NCBI GenBank assembly: GCA_965199825.1 | Contig: OZ241329.1 | Span: 1,504,001-1,568,000, forward strand | Origin: Bdellovibrionales bacterium | Lineage (GTDB): Bacteria > Bdellovibrionota > Bdellovibrionia > Bdellovibrionales > UBA1609 | DNA: 64,000 nucleotides | Direction of reading: 5' to 3' | Part shown: positions 28,878-39,074 of the stretch, in pieces | Numbering within the stretch: the stretch's first letter is position 1 | How the letters are laid out: each line of letters opens with the position of its first letter | Notes under the pieces: model-generated | Told to the model about the DNA's origin: nothing | Databases searched by the model: none | What the model saw: the letters and a program-made list of their open reading frames with translations, nothing else | Program-made: the position numbers and the translations under genes

Positions 28878-30779
28878 ATGAAAAACATTGCTCTACTTTT
28901 TTTATTCGTCGGTTGTGCGCATCCGCAAACAAAATATTCTGGCTATGGTCAAAATAGCATATCGCCCACCGTTGCAAAAGTTTTTGCGCCTCCGCCTATT
29001 GATCCTATTTTAAGAAAGCAAATCCAGTCGATGCTCGACACCAAGGGACCACTGGCGGCATCGATTGCACCTAATAAAAAAGATATTTATTTTCATTGGT
29101 CGGTGAGCGGCAGCTATCAGGTTTGGAAGTGGAATGGTAATTTTCCCGAGCAAATGACCGCGGGCGAAGATCCCACGTCGTTAGTTAAGATCACTCCTGA
29201 CGGAAAATATCTGATTTTAGCAAGAGACCAAGGTGGGGATGAGTACCATAGTATTTATCTGCAAAAAACTTCGGGAGGTGCACTCGAGCCTTTGATTGTT
29301 CGACCCAAGGTCAAAATCTATCCTCAATTTTTAACCAAAGATGGCCGCTTTCTTTATTTTTCGACAAACGAAAAAGATCCATCAAGTTTTGAAATTTATC
29401 GGATTGAGCTCGAAACCAAAAAGGTCGAATCAGTATTTGATAAAAAAGGATTGTGGGGCATCGATGATCATCTTGAAAATGGTTCGCTCCTGTTATCTTT
29501 AGAAAAAGGGCATTCGGCAAAGGAATATTACCTTTATCAAAATTCGGTCTTGAAGCCTTTGTTTGGACAAAATGAAAATGAGCAATACAGTGCTCGTTTT
29601 GGTGCTCACCCCGGTGAGATTTTGGTTTTGACCAATAAATTTGGTGAATTTCAAAAACTCTATTCGTTTAAAAACAATAAATTTACTGAGCTCTCAAAAA
29701 ACATTACCGATGAGATTGAAGGATTTAGAATTGATTTAAATCGCCAAAGGATTTTGCTGAACCTGAATCAACAAGCACTCTATAAGCCAGTGGCTTATGA
29801 TGCCAATACCTATAAACAAATTAAATTTAAATCGCCGGAAGGTCTTCAAGTTTATTGGGGCGCCACTTCTCAAGATTCTTCGCAAACATTGATCGAGACC
29901 GAAACGCCCCAGTCTCCAGGTGATGTTTATCTTCTTGATTGGAAAACCAATCATCTCAAAAAAGTATTTTCACCAAGTTCGCCCGAAGCGGATTTAAAAA
30001 CCTTTGTAGCACCTCGTATTGCAAGCTTTAAGGCCCGCGACGGTGTCAGTGTTCCCGAACTGATTTGGCAAAGTGAGGCTTGTAAACAAAAAGCATGTGC
30101 TGTGATTGTTCACTTGCATGGTGGACCTGAATCCCAAGTGCGGCCGCGATTTAATGTGCTTGCCCAAATCTTGGTGGCTCATGATTACATTTTAGTTGAA
30201 CCTAATTTTCGTGGCTCTACCGGATACGGAAAAAGTTATGAAAAAGCCGACGACGGCGCGAAACGACTGAAAGTGATCGCTGACATTGCGGATGTGGGGC
30301 TTGATGCCCGAAAACAATTTACCTTTAACGGCAAAATCCCGCATGTTGGGGTTTTTGGTGGCAGCTATGGAGGCTATGCAACTTTGCTCGCGATGAGTCT
30401 GTTTGCTGGTACCTACGATTCGGGCATTGCCGAAGTCGGAATCAGCAACCTTAAAACCTTTTTGAACAATACTGCAGGCTACCGAAAGCAACTTCGAACC
30501 TCCGAATATGGAGATCCCGAAAAAGACTCAGATCTTCTCGCTCAGCTTTCGCCCATTACCCACATCAATCAGGTTCAGGCTCCGATCTTGATTGCTCACG
30601 GGCTCAATGATCCTCGAGTTCCGGTAGGTGAGGCCTATCAGTTTTATCAAGCTTTAGAAAAAAGGGGACAAAAACCGCGCTTGATCATTTTTCCTGATGA
30701 GGGACACGGGGTCCAAAAGCGCTCAAACCGCGTCTTAATGACCGGCTATATTTTAGATTTTTTTAACACGACTTTATAA
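28878..30779 (+). CDS. S9 family peptidase, lipoprotein
   Basis: Lipobox FVGC; HGGPE, GGSYGG, NDPRV, DEGHG. Confidence 0.92.
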   Translation: MKNIALLFLFVGCAHPQTKYSGYGQNSISPTVAKVFAPPPIDPILRKQIQSMLDTKGPLAASIAPNKKDIYFHWSVSGSYQVWKWNGNFPEQMTAGEDPTSLVKITPDGKYLILARDQGGDEYHSIYLQKTSGGALEPLIVRPKVKIYPQFLTKDGRFLYFSTNEKDPSSFEIYRIELETKKVESVFDKKGLWGIDDHLENGSLLLSLEKGHSAKEYYLYQNSVLKPLFGQNENEQYSARFGAHPGEILVLTNKFGEFQKLYSFKNNKFTELSKNITDEIEGFRIDLNRQRILLNLNQQALYKPVAYDANTYKQIKFKSPEGLQVYWGATSQDSSQTLIETETPQSPGDVYLLDWKTNHLKKVFSPSSPEADLKTFVAPRIASFKARDGVSVPELIWQSEACKQKACAVIVHLHGGPESQVRPRFNVLAQILVAHDYILVEPNFRGSTGYGKSYEKADDGAKRLKVIADIADVGLDARKQFTFNGKIPHVGVFGGSYGGYATLLAMSLFAGTYDSGIAEVGISNLKTFLNNTAGYRKQLRTSEYGDPEKDSDLLAQLSPITHINQVQAPILIAHGLNDPRVPVGEAYQFYQALEKRGQKPRLIIFPDEGHGVQKRSNRVLMTGYILDFFNTTL

Positions 30780-30814
30780 AAATATTCGGCATAATCCCCC
30801 TTAATTGGAGGTCA

Positions 30815-31303
30815 ATGATGCAAGTGAATATTGGTATTTCAGACGGCGATCGCAAAGCGGTGGCTGAAGGTCTGTCAAAATGTTTGGCGGATTCCTACAC
30901 GCTTTATTTAAAAACCCACAACTTTCATTGGAATGTCACAGGTCCAATGTTTCAAACTCTTCATTTGATGTTTGAAACTCAGTACACCGAGCTTGCCAAT
31001 GCGGTTGATCTTTTGGCCGAACGGATTCGTGCGCTTGGCGTTTTTGCACCTGGAACTTATAAACAGTTCGAGAAGCTCTCCTCCATTGATGAAGCCGATG
31101 GTGTGCCCCAGGCGAAAGAAATGATTCGTCAACTTTTAGAAGGGAACGAAGCGGTGATTCGCACTTCGCGTGCGGCCTTTCCGGCAATTGAAAAAGCGGG
31201 CGATGAGGCCACTGCCGATTTATTGACTCAAAGAATTCAGACTCATGAAAAAACCGCATGGATGTTGCGATCTTTGCTCGAAGGCGAAACCAAAACTTTA
31301 TAG
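30815..31303 (+). CDS. dps: DNA starvation/stationary phase protection protein
   Basis: KTHNFHWNVTGP, LHLMFE.QY, DLLAERIRALG, HEKTAWML. Confidence 0.95.
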   Translation: MMQVNIGISDGDRKAVAEGLSKCLADSYTLYLKTHNFHWNVTGPMFQTLHLMFETQYTELANAVDLLAERIRALGVFAPGTYKQFEKLSSIDEADGVPQAKEMIRQLLEGNEAVIRTSRAAFPAIEKAGDEATADLLTQRIQTHEKTAWMLRSLLEGETKTL

Positions 31304-32257
31304 TTGGACCAAAATTCGCCCATGAGTTTTTCGCGCCAACATATTTTCAGATTGGGTCAGAATATCTTCAAGCGAAATTGTTTGGGTTAAAATTTTATCA
31401 AAATCTGGCGGTTGCTCAGCGAGCGAGTGCCAGATTTTTTCTCTCAAACTCCAGGGACAATTGTTTGAGCTGATTCCCAAAAGGCTCACACCTCTTAAGA
31501 TCAAAGGCATCACTGTGGTTTTTAATTCGGCGCCTGAGGCCAATCCCACACAGGCGATATTTCCATAAAGTCCAATATGCGCCGAGAGTTTTGCCAAAAC
31601 TTCTCCACCCACATTATCGATCGCACCGCCATATTTGGCCGACTCTAAAGGACGCGATCCAAGTTCAAGATCCTCTTTGATATCGTCGGCACCGAGTTGC
31701 CGCAGCCAAGAGTGAAGTTGTTTTTTTCCACTTAACGCAATGACCTTATACCCTCGCGACTTTAAGAGTCCGATGGCAAAACTACCAACGCCGCCACTGG
31801 CGCCGGTCACAACCACTGATCCTTTTTGGGGACTTTGATCCATCTGCTCCATACGAAAAATTGCAAGGGCCGCGGTAAATCCGGCAGTGCCAATCATCAT
31901 GGTTTGTGGAAGTGTTAGGCCTAAGGGTTTTTTGATCACAACATCACCCGATGCTTTTACAAAATCGGCATATCCGCCATCAAAGCTCTCACCGCACTCG
32001 CATCCCGTAATTAAAACTTCATCCCCTTTTTTAAACTTTTTGTGTTTAGATTCAACAATGGTGCCCGCAACATCAATGCCCGGAGTTAGCGGAAATGATT
32101 TGAGGATGGCTCCTTTTCCGGTCACAGCTAAAGCATCTTTATAGTTGATCGAGGAATACTGGGCGCGGATTAAGAGTTCGTTTTCTAAAATTTGGGGCGT
32201 TGAAATTTCGCACATGCGAGCTTGCGATTTTTTTGCTTCGACTCTTAATGCTCTCAT
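31298..32257 (-). CDS. YhdH/AcuI-family NADPH oxidoreductase
   Basis: SSINYKDALA, PGIDVAG, IGTAGFTAAL, VTGASGGVGS. Confidence 0.92.
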   Translation of the reverse strand: MRALRVEAKKSQARMCEISTPQILENELLIRAQYSSINYKDALAVTGKGAILKSFPLTPGIDVAGTIVESKHKKFKKGDEVLITGCECGESFDGGYADFVKASGDVVIKKPLGLTLPQTMMIGTAGFTAALAIFRMEQMDQSPQKGSVVVTGASGGVGSFAIGLLKSRGYKVIALSGKKQLHSWLRQLGADDIKEDLELGSRPLESAKYGGAIDNVGGEVLAKLSAHIGLYGNIACVGLASGAELKTTVMPLILRGVSLLGISSNNCPWSLREKIWHSLAEQPPDFDKILTQTISLEDILTQSENMLARKTHGRILVQL

Positions 32258-32700
32258 GTGGTCAGTTGGCGATAAAGTTCTCTGCAAGAGTCCTCAAGAA
32301 TATCCAAAACCTCTTCGAAACCTTCTTCGCCCTTGTAATAGGGATCAGGAACTTCGGCCACTTTATTTTTGACGCAATAATCGCTCATCTTAAGAACCTT
32401 GTCGGAATATTCTTTTCCGGGATCGAGGGATTTTAGGTTGGACAAATTTGAATTGTCCATCGTCACTATTAAGTCAAAATTTATAAAATCATCGAAGCTA
32501 AAATTTCGACAGCGATGGTTCAAAATATATCCCCGTTTTTTTGCATGCTCACGCATGCGCGAATCGGGAAACATACCGGCTTGATGGGCAGAGGTTCCGG
32601 CAGAATCAACCTCGAAGTCATCACCACACATCGAACGAAAGATTTCCTCGGCTGCGGGTGATCGACAAATATTTCCTAAACAAACAAATAAGACTTTCAC
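32254..32700 (-). CDS. Low molecular weight protein-tyrosine phosphatase
   Basis: VCLGNICRSP, DSAGT, VPDPYY; probable GTG start at 32700. Confidence 0.93.
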   Translation of the reverse strand: MKVLFVCLGNICRSPAAEEIFRSMCGDDFEVDSAGTSAHQAGMFPDSRMREHAKKRGYILNHRCRNFSFDDFINFDLIVTMDNSNLSNLKSLDPGKEYSDKVLKMSDYCVKNKVAEVPDPYYKGEEGFEEVLDILEDSCRELYRQLTT

Positions 32701-32710
32701 AACTTTCCCT

Positions 32711-33028
32711 TTAGTGGAGAGGGCGCATGTATCGCCCATTTTCGAATCGACTAAATATATCAGCAATAAGCGAATTGATAATAGGATCTGATGAAGAATC
32801 AACCTCTAATGACAATTCAGGAATATAAGTCATCTCGTCTTCTCCATCGATCAGCACATGATACCAAGGCTGTGCCTTTGGAGGTTTTGATCCCTGAAGC
32901 TCTTGATATGCGGCTTCGTCACCACGAAATTGGTCATCGATTTCGACGATGACTCCGCGGAAACCCATTTGCCTATGCTTTACGATTTCACCTAAAGAAA
33001 ATCGGCATGGTACTTCTTTTTCTGTCAT
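32711..33028 (-). CDS. hspQ: Heat shock protein HspQ (YccV family)
   Basis: F.LGEIVKHR..FRGVIVEID, QPWYHVL. Confidence 0.88.
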   Translation of the reverse strand: MTEKEVPCRFSLGEIVKHRQMGFRGVIVEIDDQFRGDEAAYQELQGSKPPKAQPWYHVLIDGEDEMTYIPELSLEVDSSSDPIINSLIADIFSRFENGRYMRPLH

Positions 33029-33123
33029 GTATAAGTTCCCCCTGTGTTGATTTTGCGTGAGCCTTCAAACTAATGTCATGTTGCATAGGCTCAAATAGGA
33101 ACTGGACTTAAGGAGAGCGAAAA

Positions 33124-33669
33124 ATGGATATCGATCAACTCATAAAATCACGGCGAACTGTTCATGAATTTGAACCACGCGAAATCTCGCAAAATATTTT
33201 AGAGACCGCTTTGGAGTTGGGGGCATGGGCTCCGAACCACAAGCTCACTTTCCCATGGGCATTTTACGATTTTAGTCCTGAACAAAAACAAATAATAGCT
33301 CGGTGGCATGTTGAATCAAAAAATGTAACCAGCGAAACCTTGAGACAGATTGAGTGGAATAAGTTTGGGGCAATTCCACGATTGGTTTTATTACTACAAA
33401 AAATTGAACCCGATCCCAATCGCCATAAAGAAGATTACGCCTCAGTTTCGTGTGCAATACAAAACATCGCGCTCTTTCTTTGGCAAAAGGGCATAGGCAC
33501 AAAATGGAGTTCTGGAAAAATGAGTAGAGATCCAAGAGTTTTAGAAATGGCAAACTGCCAAAACTATTCGAGTGTGGGGTTTTTGATGATTGGATTTCCT
33601 AAAGTCACTCCAAAACCTGTCGAACGAAAACTCAAATTAACCAATCAACTGTATACGGTGTCGCGATGA
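33124..33669 (+). CDS. Nitroreductase family protein
   Basis: IKSRRTV, WAPNHKLTFPW, CAIQN..GIGTKWSSG. Confidence 0.88.
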   Translation: MDIDQLIKSRRTVHEFEPREISQNILETALELGAWAPNHKLTFPWAFYDFSPEQKQIIARWHVESKNVTSETLRQIEWNKFGAIPRLVLLLQKIEPDPNRHKEDYASVSCAIQNIALFLWQKGIGTKWSSGKMSRDPRVLEMANCQNYSSVGFLMIGFPKVTPKPVERKLKLTNQLYTVSR

Positions 33670-34301
33670 CAGGTTTAAAAGAAGCATCAGGCTTTGATTA
33701 TCTCGAAAAACCAGGAGCCGACAAAACGATTGTTTTTTTTCATGGCCACGGAGCAAATGCCTTTGATTTTTTTTCGATCACTTCTGATCTTGGCAGCAAA
33801 AGTCGTTTTTTATTTCCACAAGCACCCATTGCCCTCGATGTGGGTTGGGGTCAGATCGGTTATTCGTGGTTTCCTTTGAATGTCACGGTTCCTTTTGCTC
33901 AGCAATCCACAAAACCGATTGAGCCGTTGATAAAAAAATTGATTCAATTTTTATCTGCGGTGAATTGCTCGTTTGATAATTTAATATTGGGTGGATTTTC
34001 GCAAGGTGGGATTGTGGCAGCTGAATTGGCGCTTCATCTTCCTCAGGCTCCAACCGGGTTGCTGCTCCTATCTACGACTCTGGTCGATGAAGTCCGATGG
34101 CAACAGGAGTTTAAGCGCTTGACCGACACAAAAGTCTTAATCAGTCATGGTGAGCAAGATGATGTGTTGGCCTATTCTCATGCGCAACGCCTCGATGAGG
34201 TTTTGACTCAAGCAGGTTTGTTTACCGAATTCGTTAGCTTTAAAGGCGGGCACACCGTGCCCGACCAAGTGATCAAAAGTGTGTCGAATTTTATAAAATA
34301 G
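33666..34301 (+). CDS. Phospholipase/carboxylesterase
   Basis: FFHGHG, FPQAP, GFSQG, HGEQDDV, GGHTV. Confidence 0.9.
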   Translation: MTGLKEASGFDYLEKPGADKTIVFFHGHGANAFDFFSITSDLGSKSRFLFPQAPIALDVGWGQIGYSWFPLNVTVPFAQQSTKPIEPLIKKLIQFLSAVNCSFDNLILGGFSQGGIVAAELALHLPQAPTGLLLLSTTLVDEVRWQQEFKRLTDTKVLISHGEQDDVLAYSHAQRLDEVLTQAGLFTEFVSFKGGHTVPDQVIKSVSNFIK

Positions 34302-34403
34302 ATGTTGGTTGGTGGCTGGATTGGCTGATGGGTAAAAGTCGAGTGTGACCCCGTCGGCTTTTGTTGGGATTTTTTGCGGGCATTTTGCGGGCGCTTGGCG
34401 ATT

Positions 34404-34556
34404 TTCAAGTGGGCACGATCTTCAAGTGGGCACGATCTTCAAGTGGGCACGATCTTCAAGTGGGCACGATCTTCAAGTGGGCACGATCTTCAAGTGGGCA
34501 CGATCTTCAAGTGGGCACGATCTTCAAGTGGGCACGATCTTCAAGTGGGCACGATC
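34404..34556 (+). repeat. Perfect tandem array, 9 x 17 bp TTCAAGTGGGCACGATC
   Basis: Counted directly; no spacers. Confidence 0.97.
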
Positions 34557-34732
34557 TTCCCGTACCTTCGTTCACCACCCATTTCGGCTCCTACTAAAAT
34601 TGGGCTGTCAAAATTAAATGAGTACAAAAGTTTTGACCCCTCCGGAGATTTCGCAAATGCCGATCGCCTCAAATCAAAATAATTTTGTTAAACTTGTTCC
34701 GGACAATTTAAGAAATGATCAACTTGTGTCGC

Positions 34733-34775
34733 GGGCACGATCCTTGAGGGGCACGATCTCTTAAAGGGCACGATC
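34733..34775 (+). repeat. Three further GGGCACGATC cores at 16-17 bp spacing
   Basis: Cores start at 34733, 34749 and 34766 with diverged linkers. Confidence 0.9.
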
Positions 34776-34859
34776 CACACGCAACCAAATCAACCCCAAC
34801 CAAGCATTCAAAAATCCCCAGCATCAAATCGTAAAAAAGCCCATCCAAATAAAAAATAT

Positions 34860-35135
34860 TTAGGGACAATCGTAAGAGAGGCCGGTCACAACCGTTTGAG
34901 ATGACGAGTACTGTTGAACCACCACAAAATTTGCACCTTTTAATGAGGCTTCTTTTTTTAAATCCTCAAGTGCATCTTTTGCGGTTCCATGAACATTTAA
35001 AGTTGCTCCACGAACCGGTCCAATCTCTCGACATCGAGGAGACGCTGCCTCACGAGAAACTTTGACATATCCAGGGTCGGGCGTGATGGGCTTGGTGGCA
35101 CAGCCAACCAAAAATAATCCAATCAAAAACCACAT
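34860..35135 (-). CDS. Small lipoprotein (DUF4156-like)
   Basis: Lipobox LVGC; C..IGPV, LKKEA..KGAN.V, C-terminal YDCP. Confidence 0.7.
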   Translation of the reverse strand: MWFLIGLFLVGCATKPITPDPGYVKVSREAASPRCREIGPVRGATLNVHGTAKDALEDLKKEASLKGANFVVVQQYSSSQTVVTGLSYDCP

Positions 35136-35144
35136 AGTTTCTCC

Positions 35145-36275
35145 TTAAAGATTGTCGAAATCGATTTTGACAACTCGACTTAATTGTTTTGCTTGGCAAG
35201 TGAGGGTTTCAAAGGCGGCCACATTTTCTTCGGTCAAGATTCCGGGATCATCTTGATAGACCACGCCCTCACGCACTTTAGCCATACAGGCCATGCACGC
35301 GCCGTCCATGCAGGAATAAGGGGCGCTGTATCCTTCGGCCAATAAAGTTTCCAAAACGGTTTGGCCTTCCACCGCTTGAACTTCAATCTCTTCGCCGTTC
35401 AGAAGAGCAATTATTTTTTCTGGAGTTTCGTTCAATTGATGATTGCCCTGACCAATCACCGTTTTGTTATCAAGATTATTTTTTGGGGTATGAATACTTT
35501 CAGAATGGGCCGAGGTTCCGACCGCTTCGCCAAAACTTTCGATGTGGATGCGGTCAGCCTCAAGCCCTTTGGCCAAAATTTGCTCGCGGGCGGTTTGCAT
35601 AAATCCCACCGGGCCACACAGATAACATTCCATAGGATGAGTGGTCTGAAGGGTTGAGTAAAATGCGGCAAAAGTTTCGCGAGTAAGGCGTCCTTTGAGA
35701 CCGGCAAAACTTTCTGGCGGTTGAGTTAAGAGATGCTGCACGTTGAGACGTGAAGAATATTTTTTTTGTAACTGCTCAAGTTCATTTTTGTAAATCACAT
35801 GATCATAAAACCGATTGGCATAAAGAAGCGAAACCCGATTTTGTTCGTTTGCAAACAAAACTGATTTTAAAATTGAAAACAGCGGTGTGATCCCACTGCC
35901 GCCGGCAAATAAAATATAATGAACCGCACCTGTGTGTTTTGGCGGTTGAAAAAACTGACCTGCTGGTGGTGTCACCCGCAACACATCTCCCACTTGTACC
36001 TCGTCCATCAAATGGGTGGAGGCTCTACCGCCGGGAATTTTTTTAACGGTGATTTTAAATTCTTGATCAACAAATGGCGAAGTTGAGAGCGAATAACTGC
36101 GTTTAATTTCTTCGCCCTTGATGGGTAAAAAAAGAGTTACAAATTGACCAGGCCTATAAATAAAATCTGTTTTTAAATCATTAGGGATTTTAAAAACAAG
36201 TGAGCAGGCCTCGGAGGTCTCGATAATTTTTTTTTCGACCGTTAATGGCCGGGTGATTTTTTCGGTCAACGACAT
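35145..36275 (-). CDS. FAD/NAD-binding reductase with C-terminal 2Fe-2S ferredoxin (PaaE-like)
   Basis: PGQFV, RSYS, AGGSGITP, YLCGP, C.DGAC.AC...TCQ. Confidence 0.92.
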   Translation of the reverse strand: MSLTEKITRPLTVEKKIIETSEACSLVFKIPNDLKTDFIYRPGQFVTLFLPIKGEEIKRSYSLSTSPFVDQEFKITVKKIPGGRASTHLMDEVQVGDVLRVTPPAGQFFQPPKHTGAVHYILFAGGSGITPLFSILKSVLFANEQNRVSLLYANRFYDHVIYKNELEQLQKKYSSRLNVQHLLTQPPESFAGLKGRLTRETFAAFYSTLQTTHPMECYLCGPVGFMQTAREQILAKGLEADRIHIESFGEAVGTSAHSESIHTPKNNLDNKTVIGQGNHQLNETPEKIIALLNGEEIEVQAVEGQTVLETLLAEGYSAPYSCMDGACMACMAKVREGVVYQDDPGILTEENVAAFETLTCQAKQLSRVVKIDFDNL

Positions 36276-36285
36276 AAGTGAGGAT

Positions 36286-37044
36286 TTAGCCTAACCACTC
36301 GAACTTGGCAATGAGGTGAGCTTCGCCCGTAAGGCGAGGGCGCGCTTCATTACTCACCACCAGTTCACCACCAGGCATCTGGATATTGAGACTTTCAAGC
36401 TCGGGACGTTGATGAAATCCAACTAAAGCGGCTGCCACAGCTCCGGTCCCACACGCCAAGGTATAGTCCTCGACTCCGCGCTCAAAGGTTTGGGCCGAGA
36501 GAGTATGGTCATTCACCCACTGAATAAATGTGACATTGGTTCCGTGTTCACCAAAACGGGCATGGCGTCTCAGCAGCTTCACGCTTTCAAGGTTTTTGAC
36601 CTGTGTGACCACCGCGTGGGGTACGCCGGTATTCACAAACTCAAATTCTAAACCAGACTCGGTCCATTTTTTTGGGGGATCGACATGAGGCATCTGCACG
36701 TCGATCCAATTTTTTGCGAGCTGCACACCCTCAATCACTCCAACAACCGTTTCAAATTTTACCGGCTGGGTGGTCGAAGGATTTTGGTCAAGCCAATATA
36801 AAATCACGCAGCGTGCAGCATTGCCGCACATCTCGGCGTGTGAACCATCGGTGTTGTAAAAGTCCCACTTAAAATCGGCCGAGTCGGAGGGATCAAGAAA
36901 AACAAAACCATCGGCCCCCACACCATTTTTGCGATCACAAATTTTTTGCACAAGCTGTTTGCGATTGATTAAAGAAGGTTGATCTTTACTTAAGTCCAAC
37001 AAGATAAAGTCATTCGATGCGCCAGAGGCTTTGAAAAAATTCAT
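36286..37044 (-). CDS. dapF: Diaminopimelate epimerase
   Basis: GASNDF, GVGADG, EMCGNAARC, NTGVPH, ERGV..TLACGTG. Confidence 0.95.
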   Translation of the reverse strand: MNFFKASGASNDFILLDLSKDQPSLINRKQLVQKICDRKNGVGADGFVFLDPSDSADFKWDFYNTDGSHAEMCGNAARCVILYWLDQNPSTTQPVKFETVVGVIEGVQLAKNWIDVQMPHVDPPKKWTESGLEFEFVNTGVPHAVVTQVKNLESVKLLRRHARFGEHGTNVTFIQWVNDHTLSAQTFERGVEDYTLACGTGAVAAALVGFHQRPELESLNIQMPGGELVVSNEARPRLTGEAHLIAKFEWLG

Positions 37045-37092
37045 GAAGACACAATAGCAGAAACAATGTTGAATGAACATGAAGAGGTTGTG

Positions 37093-38160
37093 ATGAAGAA
37101 AATTAGATTTGCCTTGGTGATTTGTTTAGTTGGTCTGGGCTGTAGTGTGTCCAAAGATATGAGCAATATGGTCGATACGGCCGGCGCCATGAATGAAAAA
37201 ACGGGACAAATGCGCAACAGTCTCGAAAACCTCTGCCAAGGCGGGCGAGAAGACGCGATGTCAAAGGTCGTGCCCGCGGCCTCCGATAAAATCCGTCACG
37301 TCGCTCACATTCATGACAAGTTGATTGCAGCAGCCCAATACATTTATGGTTTTGAATTTCAGCATTGGAAAATTTGCTACGACACTGATCTCGAATTCCG
37401 CCAACAACTTTTTGCTAAAGCCTTGAGGTATCTCTTTGTCGATACTGCCGATTTATTTCAGTACTCGCGACGTTTTAAACGTTGGGCTCATGATTTTGAA
37501 ATCGATCCTGGATTTTTCCCGCCCACCGACAATTGGCGATCACTCGCGGCGATTTCTTTTGTGATTGGCGAAAATGATCCCAACCATACGCAAACCGCTT
37601 TAGAAAAAAACTTTTCTCCGGTCACTTTTTATACCTTGATCAAAGATGGTCTTAAAGCTCGCGAAAAATTAGAAAACAACGAAGCCTTAACCGAACCCGA
37701 AAAGGTGGTGCTTCAATTTGAGCATCAGGCCGAAGATCTTCTTCAATTGCGGCATAATTTTTTACCCTTAATGGCAATCAGCGATCTGGATTCTTTTGGT
37801 AACGCTTGGCTCACTCAGGTGAGATTTCGATTTACACATTGGATTTTTGATATAGACAAATTTAATTTAGTTCAGCTTGATCAGCAGATCGAATTTTTAA
37901 ACCAAGCAAAAGAAACCCGAGAATTTTTAGAAAAGCACGGCATTGCGATCCAGTGGTATGAAAATTTGCGCCAAATTTATTCGCATGTTCAGTTTGTATC
38001 AAAAAGATCTTTTATAGCTCAGCAGATTTTAAATGGAGAGGAGATCGACCCCGATTCGGTTCTGGGGCCTCTTGAATTAAAAGCCCAAATATATCGTGAG
38101 CTGTGGAAAAAGATTGCGGCACCCAAGCCGGAACGAAGAGTCTACGAAGATTACAACTGA
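37093..38160 (+). CDS. Hypothetical lipoprotein
   Basis: MKKIRFALVICLVGLGC lipobox. Confidence 0.7.
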   Translation: MKKIRFALVICLVGLGCSVSKDMSNMVDTAGAMNEKTGQMRNSLENLCQGGREDAMSKVVPAASDKIRHVAHIHDKLIAAAQYIYGFEFQHWKICYDTDLEFRQQLFAKALRYLFVDTADLFQYSRRFKRWAHDFEIDPGFFPPTDNWRSLAAISFVIGENDPNHTQTALEKNFSPVTFYTLIKDGLKAREKLENNEALTEPEKVVLQFEHQAEDLLQLRHNFLPLMAISDLDSFGNAWLTQVRFRFTHWIFDIDKFNLVQLDQQIEFLNQAKETREFLEKHGIAIQWYENLRQIYSHVQFVSKRSFIAQQILNGEEIDPDSVLGPLELKAQIYRELWKKIAAPKPERRVYEDYN

Positions 38161-39053
38161 CTTTTTCGCTTGAGCATATCTTGCCGAATCCGATCGGCCA
38201 GCACTTCAAGCTCTCTAAACTCATCGCCCTTTCGAACCCGAAACACCCGGTCTTTACCTTCGAGCATGTCTTCTAAAAAACGCTCAAAGCCGTAAATGGG
38301 TCCGGCCGTTTTGTGTGACAGCAATCGACCGAGCATAAAGAGCAGGGTCATAAAGCCTAATGCAATCACGATAAAAGTTAAAACAAAGGGATATAAGAAT
38401 CGTGACTCGAGCAGCACGTTGCGATTGCCAATCAACTCCTCAATTGTAATACGCAAATAGGTATAACTAAAAACCCCGCACACCATGGCAAATCCAAAAC
38501 CAACAAACATTAAGATAAAACAATATTTTAATTGGTAGGAGGGATTGACCCAAATGCGCTTTCGCTCATTGGTGTCGGGCCAAAGGGCTTGGCCGTCGCG
38601 CACAAGTGTATAAACAATAAGTATATAGCCAATCCATTGAATCGCATCTGCCATATTGAAAGCAGGAGTTGCAAAAGTGGGTGTTCCAAAAAGTAAAAAA
38701 TCTGTGACCGAGCCTGCAACAATGCGATCGACCACGTTGCCCAAAATTCCACCAAGAAGAAGCGACATGCCCACGCGCAAGAGCATCACGCGTCCAGGGA
38801 GCAGATATTGGATCGATGCATAGACACAGGTTAAAAACATTCCGCCGGTGGATAAACTCACCACTCTCAGCATGGGAGGCAAAGTTGAAAATGCGCCAAG
38901 GATAGCACCGGGATTTCGATGATAAACCAAACCAACAAAGCCATAAAATTCGAGTCGAGTAAAATGGCTAATTGCATACAGCTTGGTCAATTGATCAAAC
39001 AAACAAGCCAAAGGGACGAGGCCGATCACGTAGAACCATTCGCGTTTTTTCAT
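38151..39053 (-). CDS. lspA: Signal peptidase II with C-terminal TM/HAMP-like extension
   Basis: DQLTK, NPGA, GNVVDR, VTDF, FNMAD; extra ~150 aa ending SHKTAGP..RVRKGDEFREL. Confidence 0.8.
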   Translation of the reverse strand: MKKREWFYVIGLVPLACLFDQLTKLYAISHFTRLEFYGFVGLVYHRNPGAILGAFSTLPPMLRVVSLSTGGMFLTCVYASIQYLLPGRVMLLRVGMSLLLGGILGNVVDRIVAGSVTDFLLFGTPTFATPAFNMADAIQWIGYILIVYTLVRDGQALWPDTNERKRIWVNPSYQLKYCFILMFVGFGFAMVCGVFSYTYLRITIEELIGNRNVLLESRFLYPFVLTFIVIALGFMTLLFMLGRLLSHKTAGPIYGFERFLEDMLEGKDRVFRVRKGDEFRELEVLADRIRQDMLKRKSQL

Positions 39054-39074
39054 GAATTTATGCTAGCAGCAGGA

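Noticed and set aside
34404..34556. CRISPR array interpretation of the 17-bp repeats
   Set aside because: Units are contiguous with no spacers, and no cas genes are in the window.
34345..34682. ORFs in three frames across the 17-bp array
   Set aside because: They are open only because the repeat lacks + strand stops; no RBS or homology signal.
37267..37277. GTCGTGCCCGC in a lipoprotein gene (also TCGTGCCC at 28387)
   Set aside because: Isolated short in-gene matches; a few are expected by chance in 64 kb.
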